Of a DNA stretch of 34,742 bases, positions 1-9,828 are shown piece after piece. The stretch's first letter is position 1; every line of letters begins with the position of its first letter. Position numbers and translations under genes: made by a program. The stretch lies in IMG/VR virus record IMGVR_UViG_3300045135_000695, positions 1-34,742 of that record. The stretch is one strand, 5' to 3'. Below the pieces are notes generated by a model. That model worked only from the letters and a program-made list of their open reading frames with translations. It was not told the origin of the DNA and searched no databases. This stretch comes from a virus. Lineage: Duplodnaviria; Caudoviricetes.

Positions 1-142
1 AAAGGAACTCCTGAGCACAACTCTTGGGCTGCAATGAAGCAGCGTTGCTACTATAAAGGCTATCGCAGATATGATAGATATGGCGGCAGAGGTATAAAAG
101 TATGCGATAGTTGGTTAGAGTCGTTTGAAAACTTCTACAACG
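1..142 (+). repeat. Direct terminal overlap, copy 1 (circular assembly junction)
   Basis: 1-126 is identical to 34601-34726; only 5 mismatches in the last 16 nt. Implies a 34,600-bp circular unit. Confidence 0.95.
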
Positions 143-438
143 ACATGGGGCCAAAACCATCACCAAAACACTCTCTTGATAGAATAGATACTAATGGCAA
201 CTACTGCCCTGAAAATTGCAGATGGGCGGATCAGAAAACGCAGACCCAAAACATGGGCATTAGATCAGATAATACTAGTGGCGTTAAGGGTATCTCTCGC
301 AAAAAAGACACTGGTAAATGGCAAGTATGTATTGGTGCAGGCAAATCAAGGAAAACGATATATCTAGGTGTTTTCAGCGATTGGTTTGATGCAGTTTGTG
401 CAAGAAAGTCGGCCGAGAACACCTATTGGACTAAATAA
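1..438 (+). CDS. HNH endonuclease with C-terminal AP2-like domain (3' part; gene starts at 34586 across the junction)
   Basis: MKQRC..YGGRGIKVC..W..F..F..DMG..P..HSLDRIDTNGNYCPENCRWA..Q..N motif, then NTSGVKG..W...YLG.F (AP2-like). Frame is continuous with ATG 34586. Confidence 0.9.
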   Translation, partial: KGTPEHNSWAAMKQRCYYKGYRRYDRYGGRGIKVCDSWLESFENFYNDMGPKPSPKHSLDRIDTNGNYCPENCRWADQKTQTQNMGIRSDNTSGVKGISRKKDTGKWQVCIGAGKSRKTIYLGVFSDWFDAVCARKSAENTYWTK

Positions 439-1597
439 CCTGCCCTATAACAACTTTGTGGCGCTGAACCTCTCCATGATCTTTATCAAATATAATTGCA
501 GACATTGATCGTTTAGCGCCATACCCACTATTACTATGCCATTGATCTGGTGCTGCCATAGTATTGAAAATCTCAAACATCATCCCGCCAATTTCCTTGG
601 AGTGCGAGTGGTGATAATGCCCGCAAAAGCAAAATCTATGCTCTGTATTACCCCAGTCTTTAGCCATATTGCGGGTAAAGAACTGATACATTTGCTCAAA
701 TTTCACCCTATCAGCATGATGACTACCAAAGAAATTATTGCCATACATATACGTCATAAAGCGATTGTTGTTGTCTAGTATAGTTACTCTAGGCTCATTC
801 TCATACACGGCTTGAAGCATAATATTAATTAGCAAGGCAGCCATATCATTATGATTACCTCGCGTCATCATTAAGACAACTTCCCTATGATTACACAACA
901 TTATCTCAATAGCTGTACGGTATATCCGTACAACACTCCTGATAATATCATCAAAGTGACCATCAACATCCAATGGGTGTCCAGATTGGGTTTTATTCTC
1001 TGGTGTAGGTGTATGAAGAAAATCACCCACATCAACAAGCATTCCTATATCTGTGCCACCAGCAGAAGATATCAATTTATGAATTGCATCAAGGGTTACT
1101 CTTTCAGCAATATCTAAATCCCAATCGCCAGCACCATGATTATTTTTCGCTTTGACATAAGCCCCAATATGAGCATCACCGATAACATAAGCAGATAATG
1201 CATTAGTTGTTAGTTCTAAATGGCTAGGTTTCGGTTCGTACTTGGGAAGGGTTTCGCATAGATCAGCAGCGACTTGGTGAAGGGCTTCGGTTAATTGTTC
1301 TTTCTTGAGGTCAGTCCTTACCCATTGCTGCTTAACCATTCCTGTAGGGCCGTATAGCGTAGACACACCCTTAACTAAATGAGTTTCAGGAGCAGGATAT
1401 ATCATGTCGTGATCTGGCGACCAACCGTGCTTAGAAGCATTCTTCTTGGCCCTGCGAATAGCTTTCTCGACATTGCGAATATGAATACCAAGAGCAGCAG
1501 CCGCTTTCTTTTGTGTACCATGTACACTTATCGCGTCAATTATTTCACACTGACGTGGAGTGGCCCACTGTTTCAGAGCTTCTAGATCGGTAGACAT
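431..1597 (-). CDS. N-terminal HTH fused to a calcineurin-like metallophosphoesterase
   Basis: Metal motifs GDAHIG, GDFLH, GNHN, HH, GHYHH; N-terminal TPRQCEIIDAI..HGTQKKAAAALGI; RBS AAGGAGG. Confidence 0.8.
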   Translation of the reverse strand: MSTDLEALKQWATPRQCEIIDAISVHGTQKKAAAALGIHIRNVEKAIRRAKKNASKHGWSPDHDMIYPAPETHLVKGVSTLYGPTGMVKQQWVRTDLKKEQLTEALHQVAADLCETLPKYEPKPSHLELTTNALSAYVIGDAHIGAYVKAKNNHGAGDWDLDIAERVTLDAIHKLISSAGGTDIGMLVDVGDFLHTPTPENKTQSGHPLDVDGHFDDIIRSVVRIYRTAIEIMLCNHREVVLMMTRGNHNDMAALLINIMLQAVYENEPRVTILDNNNRFMTYMYGNNFFGSHHADRVKFEQMYQFFTRNMAKDWGNTEHRFCFCGHYHHSHSKEIGGMMFEIFNTMAAPDQWHSNSGYGAKRSMSAIIFDKDHGEVQRHKVVIGQVI

Positions 1598-1610
1598 GTA
1601 GCCTCCTTGC

Positions 1611-1895
1611 TTAGTAGGTTCCTTTCCAAACCCTTAGCTTATCAAACTCGCCTGATAGCATTTTGCGCTTGATAACATCACTACGAGCCGGATCATCCCA
1701 GCTAATACCAGCTTCCTTTAACCACTCATTAATCAGAGCAGCATCAACAGTACCAACTAGGCGAGAGTCGCCAAATTCAGCACAGCCAGCATCACGTAGC
1801 ATCTTTGCGTGTTCAAGGTTAGGCGTCCAATCCTGTGTCTTGATATGGATTAACTTATCACCTTCTTGAACCCACTTTTCGCTAACCTTAGCCAT
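1611..1895 (-). CDS. Hypothetical phage protein (capsid-gene neighbourhood)
   Basis: Translationally coupled 94-aa ORF in the structural operon. Confidence 0.7.
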   Translation of the reverse strand: MAKVSEKWVQEGDKLIHIKTQDWTPNLEHAKMLRDAGCAEFGDSRLVGTVDAALINEWLKEAGISWDDPARSDVIKRKMLSGEFDKLRVWKGTY

Positions 1896-2080
1896 TATTC
1901 AGCCTTTTTCTTGCGAGTACGCTTTGGAATCACTTTGATACGAGGTGAGCCATAACCTTCGTCTTGAGCATTGATCTCATCAACGATCTTCTGGTCAACT
2001 TCCACAATATCACCTTTGTATGCCCATTCTTCTAGCATAATATTAGCAACTAGAACTTCTACTTTAGCCTTAGCCATCAT
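1895..2080 (-). CDS. Small hypothetical protein with basic C-terminus, downstream of the capsid gene
   Basis: GGAG RBS before ATG at 2080/2077; KRTRKKKAE tail. Confidence 0.65.
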   Translation of the reverse strand: MMAKAKVEVLVANIMLEEWAYKGDIVEVDQKIVDEINAQDEGYGSPRIKVIPKRTRKKKAE

Positions 2081-2092
2081 TTTCTCCAGATA

Positions 2093-2124
2093 CAAAAAAG
2101 GGGCTTACCGAAATAAACCCCTTT
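2093..2124 (-). terminator. Rho-independent terminator after major capsid gene
   Basis: Minus strand AAAGGGG-tttatttcggtaag-CCCCTTT followed by a T run. Confidence 0.8.
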
Positions 2125-2155
2125 GATTATAACGCTTTAAACGTCAAATGGCTAA

Positions 2156-3100
2156 TTAGGAGCAGTCAACTACCGCGCCTAGAGCCTTCTCGTTGCGAAC
2201 TACTAGAGTACCTTCACAAACAACCTGACGCTTCTCGTTGTCACCAGTCTTAGCAAGAGCAGTATTCTTCATCTTACGTAGCTCAGCGAATGCCAGCTTA
2301 TCCTTTTCGATGATGAATACGTCACGAGAACGGTTTTCACGAGCTGGAACAAATTCAACAGAACCCCAAGGAGTCATGTAGATGTTCAGCAAGTTAGCAA
2401 CCTTACCGTCAGCAGCACCGATAGTGGAACGCTGGTTGTTGTTACCAGTGAAGCCCAGAGCAGTATTCATCTGAGAAGCAGACAAGATAACCATGTCTGG
2501 CTTACCGCCTTCTGCCCAAATCTCCTGCATAGTAGTGTCGAAGTCAGCCTGAGTGAAAGCAGTCTGAGTACCGTCAGTACGAGCATTGGAACCGTCACCA
2601 GTAGGGTTAGCACCACCAGTACCTACGTTGTTTACGTTGGTAGTGATCCAAGCGCCTAGACCAGCCATACGGCGAGCAGTGGTGGAGTTACCAGCTACCT
2701 TAGCTTGGTTGTCCATCAAAGCCTTTTCGATGTCTAGCTTCTGCTCAGCACCTACTTTAACGATCTGGTAGGACATTTCCTTACCACGACCAGCAGCGTT
2801 TAGAGCAGCAGAAGTGTCAGGAGTTACTACAGCGTTCTTGAAGATTTGAGTGTAGTTACCCAGACGAGTAGTAGCTGAACGGCTTTCAGCAGTAGTATCG
2901 TCACCTTCAATGTGAGCGTTAGTAGCAGAGCTACGCAGAGTGTCAGTTTGCCATTCATGCAAAGTGTTAGAAGCACTAACCTTAGCAATGGAAGATAGCA
3001 GTGGAGTTTCTTCTGGAGAAACATTATAAATTACGTCAGACAGATCTTCACGAATGCCGTTAGCATCGTAGCTGTCAAAAGTGTTAGTTGGCTGTGCCAT
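2156..3100 (-). CDS. Major capsid protein (DUF5309/SU10-like)
   Basis: REDLSDVIYNVSPEETP, HEWQTD, GNYTQIF, LAKTGD..K motifs; lies downstream of scaffold. Confidence 0.9.
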   Translation of the reverse strand: MAQPTNTFDSYDANGIREDLSDVIYNVSPEETPLLSSIAKVSASNTLHEWQTDTLRSSATNAHIEGDDTTAESRSATTRLGNYTQIFKNAVVTPDTSAALNAAGRGKEMSYQIVKVGAEQKLDIEKALMDNQAKVAGNSTTARRMAGLGAWITTNVNNVGTGGANPTGDGSNARTDGTQTAFTQADFDTTMQEIWAEGGKPDMVILSASQMNTALGFTGNNNQRSTIGAADGKVANLLNIYMTPWGSVEFVPARENRSRDVFIIEKDKLAFAELRKMKNTALAKTGDNEKRQVVCEGTLVVRNEKALGAVVDCS

Positions 3101-3136
3101 GATAATTCACCTTTAAATCTAAATTAAAAAAAACTA

Positions 3137-4126
3137 TTAACCTTGGAATAGCATTGCGGCTGCATCAGCCACGCTACCCGACTTTTTCAGTTTAGACATT
3201 TGAGCTTGCTTTTTCTTTGCAGCAGTCGGTCTAGGCTTCTTAGCTCCAGACTTCATTAAGGGCTTGGCTTTCTTAACTTTAGCCTGCACCTTATCTTGAC
3301 CAGCAATCATCTGGTCATACAGCATTGCTTTGTGCAGAGCGATCATAGCACGGCTATCGGTAACAGCACCGATTTCTTCTGGGCTATAACCCAGTTTAAC
3401 GCCTTGCTGTACAAGGTTTTCTTTAAGCTTAGGTGCCTTTTCAGCGTCCCCGAACTCAGGAATAACTTTGACTAGCTCTGTCATCTGCTCCTGCAAATGG
3501 GCCTGTTGAGCCTGCTGCTGGGCAGCCTGCATTTGCTGTTGCTGGTGCGCAATCTGGTTGCGCTGGGTATCGAATTTAACAACGTCCTCGTCATATTTCG
3601 CTTTGGCTTCCATGTAACCCAATGGGTCATCTTGAGCCATCTGCGCAGACGGTGGGGTTGGTTGTTTCATCATCCCATTTTGCTGCAAGTTTTGCATTAG
3701 CTGTTGAAGTTGTTGCTGCTGCTTACCTAATTCATTGTAAGCGGATTCAGCTTGCTTCTTGGCTTCTGCGGCTTCTCTCATGCCTTTTTGAATATAAGAC
3801 TGGCCTGAATAGTCTCGCTTTAGATCATCAAGGGTTACTTCGACTTCCTTACCGTCTACTTTAACGGTAAATGTCTCAGGCCCAGCTTGATCGGCTTCCT
3901 GTTCGTCCTCTGCTTCATATTCGTCATCCGTCAGCTCTGCTTCCGCTTCACTCTCGGAATCTTCTTCACCTTCATCAAGCTCTTGCTCGACTTCGGGTGA
4001 TTCGGCCTCGGTTTCATCCAACTGTGCTTCTTCCGCATTTGGCTCCTGCTCAGTTACTACTTCTTCGGCTGGCTCACTAGGAGCCATTAACGCCTCTACT
4101 GCTTGATCTATGGTAGTCGCTTCCAC
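3137..4126 (-). CDS. Capsid scaffolding protein
   Basis: Acidic N-terminus, TVKVDGKEVEVTLDDL..YS motif, Q-rich coiled coil, basic C-terminus; between portal and capsid genes. Confidence 0.85.
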   Translation of the reverse strand: MEATTIDQAVEALMAPSEPAEEVVTEQEPNAEEAQLDETEAESPEVEQELDEGEEDSESEAEAELTDDEYEAEDEQEADQAGPETFTVKVDGKEVEVTLDDLKRDYSGQSYIQKGMREAAEAKKQAESAYNELGKQQQQLQQLMQNLQQNGMMKQPTPPSAQMAQDDPLGYMEAKAKYDEDVVKFDTQRNQIAHQQQQMQAAQQQAQQAHLQEQMTELVKVIPEFGDAEKAPKLKENLVQQGVKLGYSPEEIGAVTDSRAMIALHKAMLYDQMIAGQDKVQAKVKKAKPLMKSGAKKPRPTAAKKKQAQMSKLKKSGSVADAAAMLFQG

Positions 4127-4141
4127 GGTGCTACACTCCAG

Positions 4142-4366
4142 TTATTTGCGTTTATCTTTGCGTTCCTCATCAACTATAGCGTTTTTGAGAATACGCTCAA
4201 ACTTGTTTAATACGCGCGTCATTCGATGCGCTTCCTCTCTAGCTTCGATGTCCTCGATGGTAGAGGTTAGGAACAGCTTTACCTGCTCCTGTCTAATTGT
4301 ATCAAATATTTTAATAAAAGTTTCATCTTTTATCAAATATTCAGCTTCTGACTTAGTTATTTTCAC
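4142..4366 (-). CDS. Small head-module protein between portal and scaffold
   Basis: Helical 74-aa ORF (A..L..DE.F...F....REEAH) in the usual position. Confidence 0.7.
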   Translation of the reverse strand: MKITKSEAEYLIKDETFIKIFDTIRQEQVKLFLTSTIEDIEAREEAHRMTRVLNKFERILKNAIVDEERKDKRK

Positions 4367-6531
4367 AATTGTGCATTTCCGTTAATGTCTCTTGGTGCCG
4401 ATTGTATCGCTTTTACACGTTCTACGTCTACGGCTGTGCCGTACTCACCAAGAATCTTAGCGGCTTGTACCAGTAAGTCTTGTGCCATTTGGTCACGTTC
4501 TAAGTCATTAGAAGCCTGTAGGTCACGGTATTTAAGCTGTAGGTCAGCCAATTCCTTACCCTGCTTCTGCTGCATTTCTGCTGCCTTAACTTGCATCTCA
4601 GCTTGTAGCTTGATGTTATCGCCTTGCATCTTAGCCTGAGTTTTCATCTGGTCAGACTGTAGTTTAGCCTGTGCCTTAATATTCTCAGCTTCAACCATAG
4701 CCTGCACCATTGGGTCTGGCTGTTGACCTTGCTGTGCTGCCATCTGTTGTGCCTGCTGCATTAGCTGCTGCTCTTTCTGCTGATCCATTGGAGCATAGTA
4801 ACGATCTGCATTACGGATACCAGAGATAGCCAACATATCAGCTAAAGTGTTACGCATCTGTGTCAAAGAAACGATGCCGTTAGTAGGGCCGTAGCCTTGA
4901 TAGATGTCCTTTTGAATCTGGAAGGTCTGCATTAAGGCAGCGACCTTAGATTCCTCTTTACCAGTACCTAGGCCTACATTAACTGACACATCCATGCCCT
5001 CATCCCATACAGCAGGATTAACAGGCACAAACTGACCATTTAGACGCATTAGAGTTTCTTCTGGGCTATTGGTCTTTAGGACATGCAAAACAAGCTTAAA
5101 TACACGCTTGAAGCCTGTTTCCGCTAGGTTGCGAGCCATTACCTCAATCTGACCTACACCACGCTGATCAGTTAATGCGGCAGCCGTAGCAGTAGTGTTC
5201 TGTAGCGCGTCAGCATCAAGACCCATAGAAGCCTTGGTAATACCTGTCTTTTCCTCTACCAAAGTATCTAAATACTGTAGGGCAGTTAGGGTCTGACCAG
5301 CTACGAAAGGAGTTACCTCGTCACGGATCTGGTTAATGTCAGTAGATCGAATAACAGCGCCAATCTCGTTGTTAAGCACATCTTCCATTTCCACATGCTC
5401 ATCATTAACTACCTTACGTGGGTTGTTAACAAGAGCTACGTTATCCAGAATGCCACGTAGCACAGAAGTAGCCGTATCTTGATCATTCATGATCAACTCA
5501 GCTAGAGAGCGACCAAAGAAAGCATGTGGTTCAGGGTCTACTTGGAAGTCAGCAAAAGGTACAACATCCCAAGGCTCCATTTCTAGAACTTCATGATTAG
5601 TGCCAACGCAAACAAACTTATGTAGAACTGGCACGCCTGTACCGTCCACATCAATGCGCATATATGCTTCTGTTACAACGATAGGCATCATGGATGTATC
5701 ATTGGTATTGTCGGTATCATCTAAGTATTCACCGTGACGTAGGTACTTTTCTTCGTCATCAGTGTTACCGTCAGTGCCAGCGTGTTTAACTAAAGTGTCA
5801 TAGTCGTAGCCAAGGGCTACCATGTCACCCACTACCTTCTCAGTAGTGTGACCACAGATAGTGAAGTCATCTAGGGACTTAGCGGAGCTGTTGATGAAAA
5901 ATTCTTCTGGTGGTACGTTTTCAACCACCATAGAGCCTTCCTCACGCTTGTGAGCCACCTTCATGCTGTGGCGATTCTGCTCGACTTCCATGCCGAACTC
6001 ATCAGCTTCAATCACAACTTCCTGAGCGTGTTCGATAATCTCTACATCATCAGCCTGAGCAATAAAGGTCATTTCCTGATCAGTCAGGTTCTCGTAGGTG
6101 TGAATGTCAGCATCTTCCTCAACATTCCACCATACTTTAACGATACCAGACTTCTTAACTAGCGCATCATGGATAGCGTCATTCAGGACGTTGTAACCAC
6201 CGCACTGCTGGAAAACCCAGTGGGCATAAGTGGTGGCCTGTTCTGCTGCTGCAACCTGTTCTGGGCTGCTAGGAACGTACTCAACGAACTTATCATTAGA
6301 CAGGAAGATACGCATAAGGCTAGGCTTAGCACCACGAACAACGTCACGAACCTTAGTAGATACTACACTGGAGCGACCTTCTTCATGCTCAAGGTTTACC
6401 TTGCCATCAAAGTACTTCTGTGCCTTTTCACGCTCAGGCTGAATCTCTGAGTCCATGTAAGACTCAGCAGAATCAATAGCAGCCTTAATTGCGCTTTGAA
6501 TGTCGATATCTGTCATTTGACCTTGTGGCAT
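4363..6531 (-). CDS. Portal protein (P22-like, long Q-rich C-terminal barrel)
   Basis: GRSSVVS..VRD, DALVKK.GIVKVWW, NVPPEEF, PH.FFGRS, ARNLAETG motifs; 722 aa. Confidence 0.9.
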   Translation of the reverse strand: MPQGQMTDIDIQSAIKAAIDSAESYMDSEIQPEREKAQKYFDGKVNLEHEEGRSSVVSTKVRDVVRGAKPSLMRIFLSNDKFVEYVPSSPEQVAAAEQATTYAHWVFQQCGGYNVLNDAIHDALVKKSGIVKVWWNVEEDADIHTYENLTDQEMTFIAQADDVEIIEHAQEVVIEADEFGMEVEQNRHSMKVAHKREEGSMVVENVPPEEFFINSSAKSLDDFTICGHTTEKVVGDMVALGYDYDTLVKHAGTDGNTDDEEKYLRHGEYLDDTDNTNDTSMMPIVVTEAYMRIDVDGTGVPVLHKFVCVGTNHEVLEMEPWDVVPFADFQVDPEPHAFFGRSLAELIMNDQDTATSVLRGILDNVALVNNPRKVVNDEHVEMEDVLNNEIGAVIRSTDINQIRDEVTPFVAGQTLTALQYLDTLVEEKTGITKASMGLDADALQNTTATAAALTDQRGVGQIEVMARNLAETGFKRVFKLVLHVLKTNSPEETLMRLNGQFVPVNPAVWDEGMDVSVNVGLGTGKEESKVAALMQTFQIQKDIYQGYGPTNGIVSLTQMRNTLADMLAISGIRNADRYYAPMDQQKEQQLMQQAQQMAAQQGQQPDPMVQAMVEAENIKAQAKLQSDQMKTQAKMQGDNIKLQAEMQVKAAEMQQKQGKELADLQLKYRDLQASNDLERDQMAQDLLVQAAKILGEYGTAVDVERVKAIQSAPRDINGNAQL

Positions 6532-6533
6532 AA

Positions 6534-8135
6534 TTATTCCTCTTTAGGCTGCTGCGCCTGATAAGCCAAATTTAAGGCTTGTTGTGTACTCATAGGCATT
6601 ATACCAAGTAATCCCTGTGTCGCTCTACTTAATTGACCAGAAGCATGAGCAGCTTCACCTACCAGACGTGGAGAAGATGACGCTAAGTAACCCATGGTTA
6701 ATGGGTCTAAGCCACCAAACGCCACAGAGCCAGCAGCAGGCAATCGAGCTAGGCCGCGAGGCATGATATCGCCAAGCGCTTGACCAGCAATAATAGGCAT
6801 AAATTCCTTACCGCCAGCTTCCTCTAGCTCTTTAGCTAGAGTCATACGCTGACCGTAGTTAGTCTGTACGTTGTTACGCATCAAAGACTGTAGCTTACGC
6901 ATCTTAGCATCAGCAGTAGCGGTTTCGTTCAAGCTCAGAGACTTCTTGATCTCTCGCATCAAGATAGAGGCTTCAGAGTACTCACCCATCATCTTTTTGT
7001 AGATAGGTGCCTGACTACCAATAGTCTCACTAGTGGCATGATAAATACCCTTACCGATCTTAGAGGCTGTCTCGTTCTCACGAGGGATGTTCTCAATATA
7101 ACCCCACAGCTTCTGCTTAAGCGCATCCATACCTTCTGGGGTATGGAACTCTGCAGGATCAAGATTTTTCCACTGATCTACAGTCTCACTAATCTGCTGT
7201 AATACATCTACTGCCTTCTGGTTTTTAACCTCGCCCTTAAATGTGGCTTGACTATAACCTTCAGCAATAGCGCTATCAATATCGTCAAAAGTAAGCTGCT
7301 GCTTATCAAACTTTAAGCGAGCCTTGTCTGCTTGGTATTGCTTAGAGCGCTTTTCAGCCAGCTTCTGCAAGTCGTACTCTGCAATCTCAATAATATCTTT
7401 AGGATCACCCTTGCCGCGCAAAGCAGAACGGAACTGATCAGAGATTTCACCGCCACGCTTACCAGCACGGTACGCATGTTCAATAGCTTCTACGCCAACA
7501 CCAGTAGTCAGGCCTAAACCAGACTTAACACCTTTGGCTGCAACCTTACCAGTAATCTCAGCGCTCTTTAATGCCAGATAAGCAGGGTCTACATATGCAG
7601 CGCCTTTCTGAATAGCGCTTGTAACCTTAGCAGGAGCGCCAGCCTTAGCAGCTAAGCCAGCACCACCGGACACAACAGTGGCAGCATCCATCATCACTGC
7701 TGCAGGATCGCCAGCTAGCGCTTCCTTAAAACCTTCTACAGAACCGTAACGATCAGCGTAGTAGTTAGCTACTGCACCAGCCATCTCGCGAGATTCTTTA
7801 TCTTCACCAACCCACTGTACAAACTTCTCAGGCAACGCTTCCTGTAAAGCACCAGCACCAATCTTAACCAAGTTGTGAGCTGTATCAATTGGGTTTGTAA
7901 TAGCTTCGTAAATATCACCAGCAACACCTGCCACAGATGATGGCAGATTCTGTACAGCCTCAGAGCCTACTTCGCTCCATGTTTTTTCAGCAGACTGTTC
8001 CAATTCACCATTAGGTAGCACTGGTTGCTCTGCCTGCTGTAAAGCGTATTGATACGCCTGTTGAGAAGTTAACTCAGTTTCAGAGCTAACCTCAAAAGTA
8101 CCCTTGTTAGGGATGGTAATTTGATAAGTAGGCAT
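6534..8135 (-). CDS. Internal virion / DNA ejection protein (large)
   Basis: Ala/Gly-rich helical protein with SSPRLVGE motif; in the ejection-protein cluster. Confidence 0.7.
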   Translation of the reverse strand: MPTYQITIPNKGTFEVSSETELTSQQAYQYALQQAEQPVLPNGELEQSAEKTWSEVGSEAVQNLPSSVAGVAGDIYEAITNPIDTAHNLVKIGAGALQEALPEKFVQWVGEDKESREMAGAVANYYADRYGSVEGFKEALAGDPAAVMMDAATVVSGGAGLAAKAGAPAKVTSAIQKGAAYVDPAYLALKSAEITGKVAAKGVKSGLGLTTGVGVEAIEHAYRAGKRGGEISDQFRSALRGKGDPKDIIEIAEYDLQKLAEKRSKQYQADKARLKFDKQQLTFDDIDSAIAEGYSQATFKGEVKNQKAVDVLQQISETVDQWKNLDPAEFHTPEGMDALKQKLWGYIENIPRENETASKIGKGIYHATSETIGSQAPIYKKMMGEYSEASILMREIKKSLSLNETATADAKMRKLQSLMRNNVQTNYGQRMTLAKELEEAGGKEFMPIIAGQALGDIMPRGLARLPAAGSVAFGGLDPLTMGYLASSSPRLVGEAAHASGQLSRATQGLLGIMPMSTQQALNLAYQAQQPKEE

Positions 8136-8144
8136 AGTGACCCC

Positions 8145-9095
8145 TTAGTCGCTAATTTTCTTAACTGTAACACCTTGAGGTAAACTTGTACCATAAGACT
8201 CGACCTTCGCGGAAGGAATCTGACTAGATGCGCGACCAGCAGCAAGGTATGCAGTCTCTAGCAAGTTCTGTAAGCGCTTCTGCTTGGCAGCAATAGTCTT
8301 CTCATCATCACCAATCTGAGGGAAGTAAGCCTTCTGGTATCCTAGCAACTGCTCACGAGTATAAGCAGCACCAGTACCCAATGTAAGGGCAGCATCAAGT
8401 ACGTCTAACTGTGCAGTCTCTACAACCTGACGCTGTGGAGCAGTAAGCATATTAGGTAGCGCCTCTAAACCAGTAATGGCGCGAATACCCTCTACCAAAG
8501 TCTCAGGCTTGGCAGCTTCAGGATCGGCAGCGATAGCTTGCTGCATCTGACCCATAGCGAAGTTAATACGACTAGCCAAAGTAGCACTCTTACGCTCACC
8601 TTCACTTGGTAGATTCACGTTGGTTACAGACCGCTTAGCTTTGTTTAGCTCAACCTGATAATCTAGCATAGTGCCTTCAAAGCCCTGTGCTACAGCTTTA
8701 TCGTACTGCTGCTCTAAAGCAGTTTTCTTAGGTGCGCCTTGGTAGATCACTGTGCCATCTGGGGCAACTAAAGCATCACCAACAACCTTAGCATCACCGC
8801 CTTGTCGCGCCGCTTTAACCACATCAGTCGGAGACATAATGCCAGCCTGTAAAGCACCGGATAGCATAGGGAATTTATCGCCAAGTAGCTGTGCAGCCAC
8901 AGCCTTTTGCTGCTCAAGTTTGGCTGCAGCAGTAGACTGAGCACGCTGGGTCTTGATATCTTCTAGCTGACCTTGGATAGCAGTCTGTAGACCAACATTA
9001 GGGCGTAGAGACATACCAGCCAAGCCTTGAGCTAGGCGCAAGCGTCTTTCTCGCGCCATTGGGTCTGTACTAGTCATAAAGTCTAATAAAGCCAT
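8145..9095 (-). CDS. Internal virion / DNA ejection protein
   Basis: Ala/Gln-rich; TGAA..R....YFPQIGDD...IAAK motif typical of P22-like transfer proteins. Confidence 0.7.
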   Translation of the reverse strand: MALLDFMTSTDPMARERRLRLAQGLAGMSLRPNVGLQTAIQGQLEDIKTQRAQSTAAAKLEQQKAVAAQLLGDKFPMLSGALQAGIMSPTDVVKAARQGGDAKVVGDALVAPDGTVIYQGAPKKTALEQQYDKAVAQGFEGTMLDYQVELNKAKRSVTNVNLPSEGERKSATLASRINFAMGQMQQAIAADPEAAKPETLVEGIRAITGLEALPNMLTAPQRQVVETAQLDVLDAALTLGTGAAYTREQLLGYQKAYFPQIGDDEKTIAAKQKRLQNLLETAYLAAGRASSQIPSAKVESYGTSLPQGVTVKKISD

Positions 9096-9105
9096 GTGTT
9101 ACCTC

Positions 9106-9816
9106 TTATAGTGACAAGCCAAGACTTAAGTAGTCGAAAAGTCCGGGCTGATAACCTTGTGTAGTAGTAGTTGGCTGTGGGCTTTGACCAACTGCAGACA
9201 ACAGATAAGACAAGCTCTGAGCTGGTGCGCCAGTGTAACCAGCGTACTGACCTTTAGCTTCGTTAATAAGCTGCTGCTGTAGTGCTTGCTGTAGAGCACC
9301 CTGCTGAGTCATATCCTGCTGAATCTGCTGACCCATACCAAAGCCGATGTTAGCCAAGTTACCCAACTGAGCACCAGCACCCAAACGGAACTGAGCTGCT
9401 TGCTGCTGAGCTGCCTGATTAGCTAGAGCTGCCTGTTGAGCCATCTGCTGACCAGTTTGATAACCAGATTGACGTAGACCGGATGCAGTGCGTGCTGCCT
9501 GCTCTGCAAATGCTCGGTTAGTCTCTGCTGCCTGTACGCCATGTCGAGAGCCACCAAAAGCACCTGCTGCGGTAGCTTGTGCGCCTGTCTGAGCCTGAGC
9601 CATCTGGCGAGAGCGTTCAATATCCTGAAGGGACTGACCAACTACCTGAGACTCATATGGGTTCATGTACTGCTGCATGGTACGCTGACTAGGAGCGCCT
9701 ACAGCCATAGGTTTAAAACCCATGCCCTGTGCAGCACCACCCATAGCCTGAGAAATACCCTGACTAGCTTGCTGATATACGTTCTGTGATTGACCGCTTT
9801 GCTGTGGAGCGCCCAT
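9106..9816 (-). CDS. Internal virion / DNA pilot-like ejection protein
   Basis: Q/A/G-rich; YMNPY...V and AGAFGGSRHGV motifs. Confidence 0.7.
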   Translation of the reverse strand: MGAPQQSGQSQNVYQQASQGISQAMGGAAQGMGFKPMAVGAPSQRTMQQYMNPYESQVVGQSLQDIERSRQMAQAQTGAQATAAGAFGGSRHGVQAAETNRAFAEQAARTASGLRQSGYQTGQQMAQQAALANQAAQQQAAQFRLGAGAQLGNLANIGFGMGQQIQQDMTQQGALQQALQQQLINEAKGQYAGYTGAPAQSLSYLLSAVGQSPQPTTTTQGYQPGLFDYLSLGLSL

Positions 9817-9828
9817 AATATTTACCTC

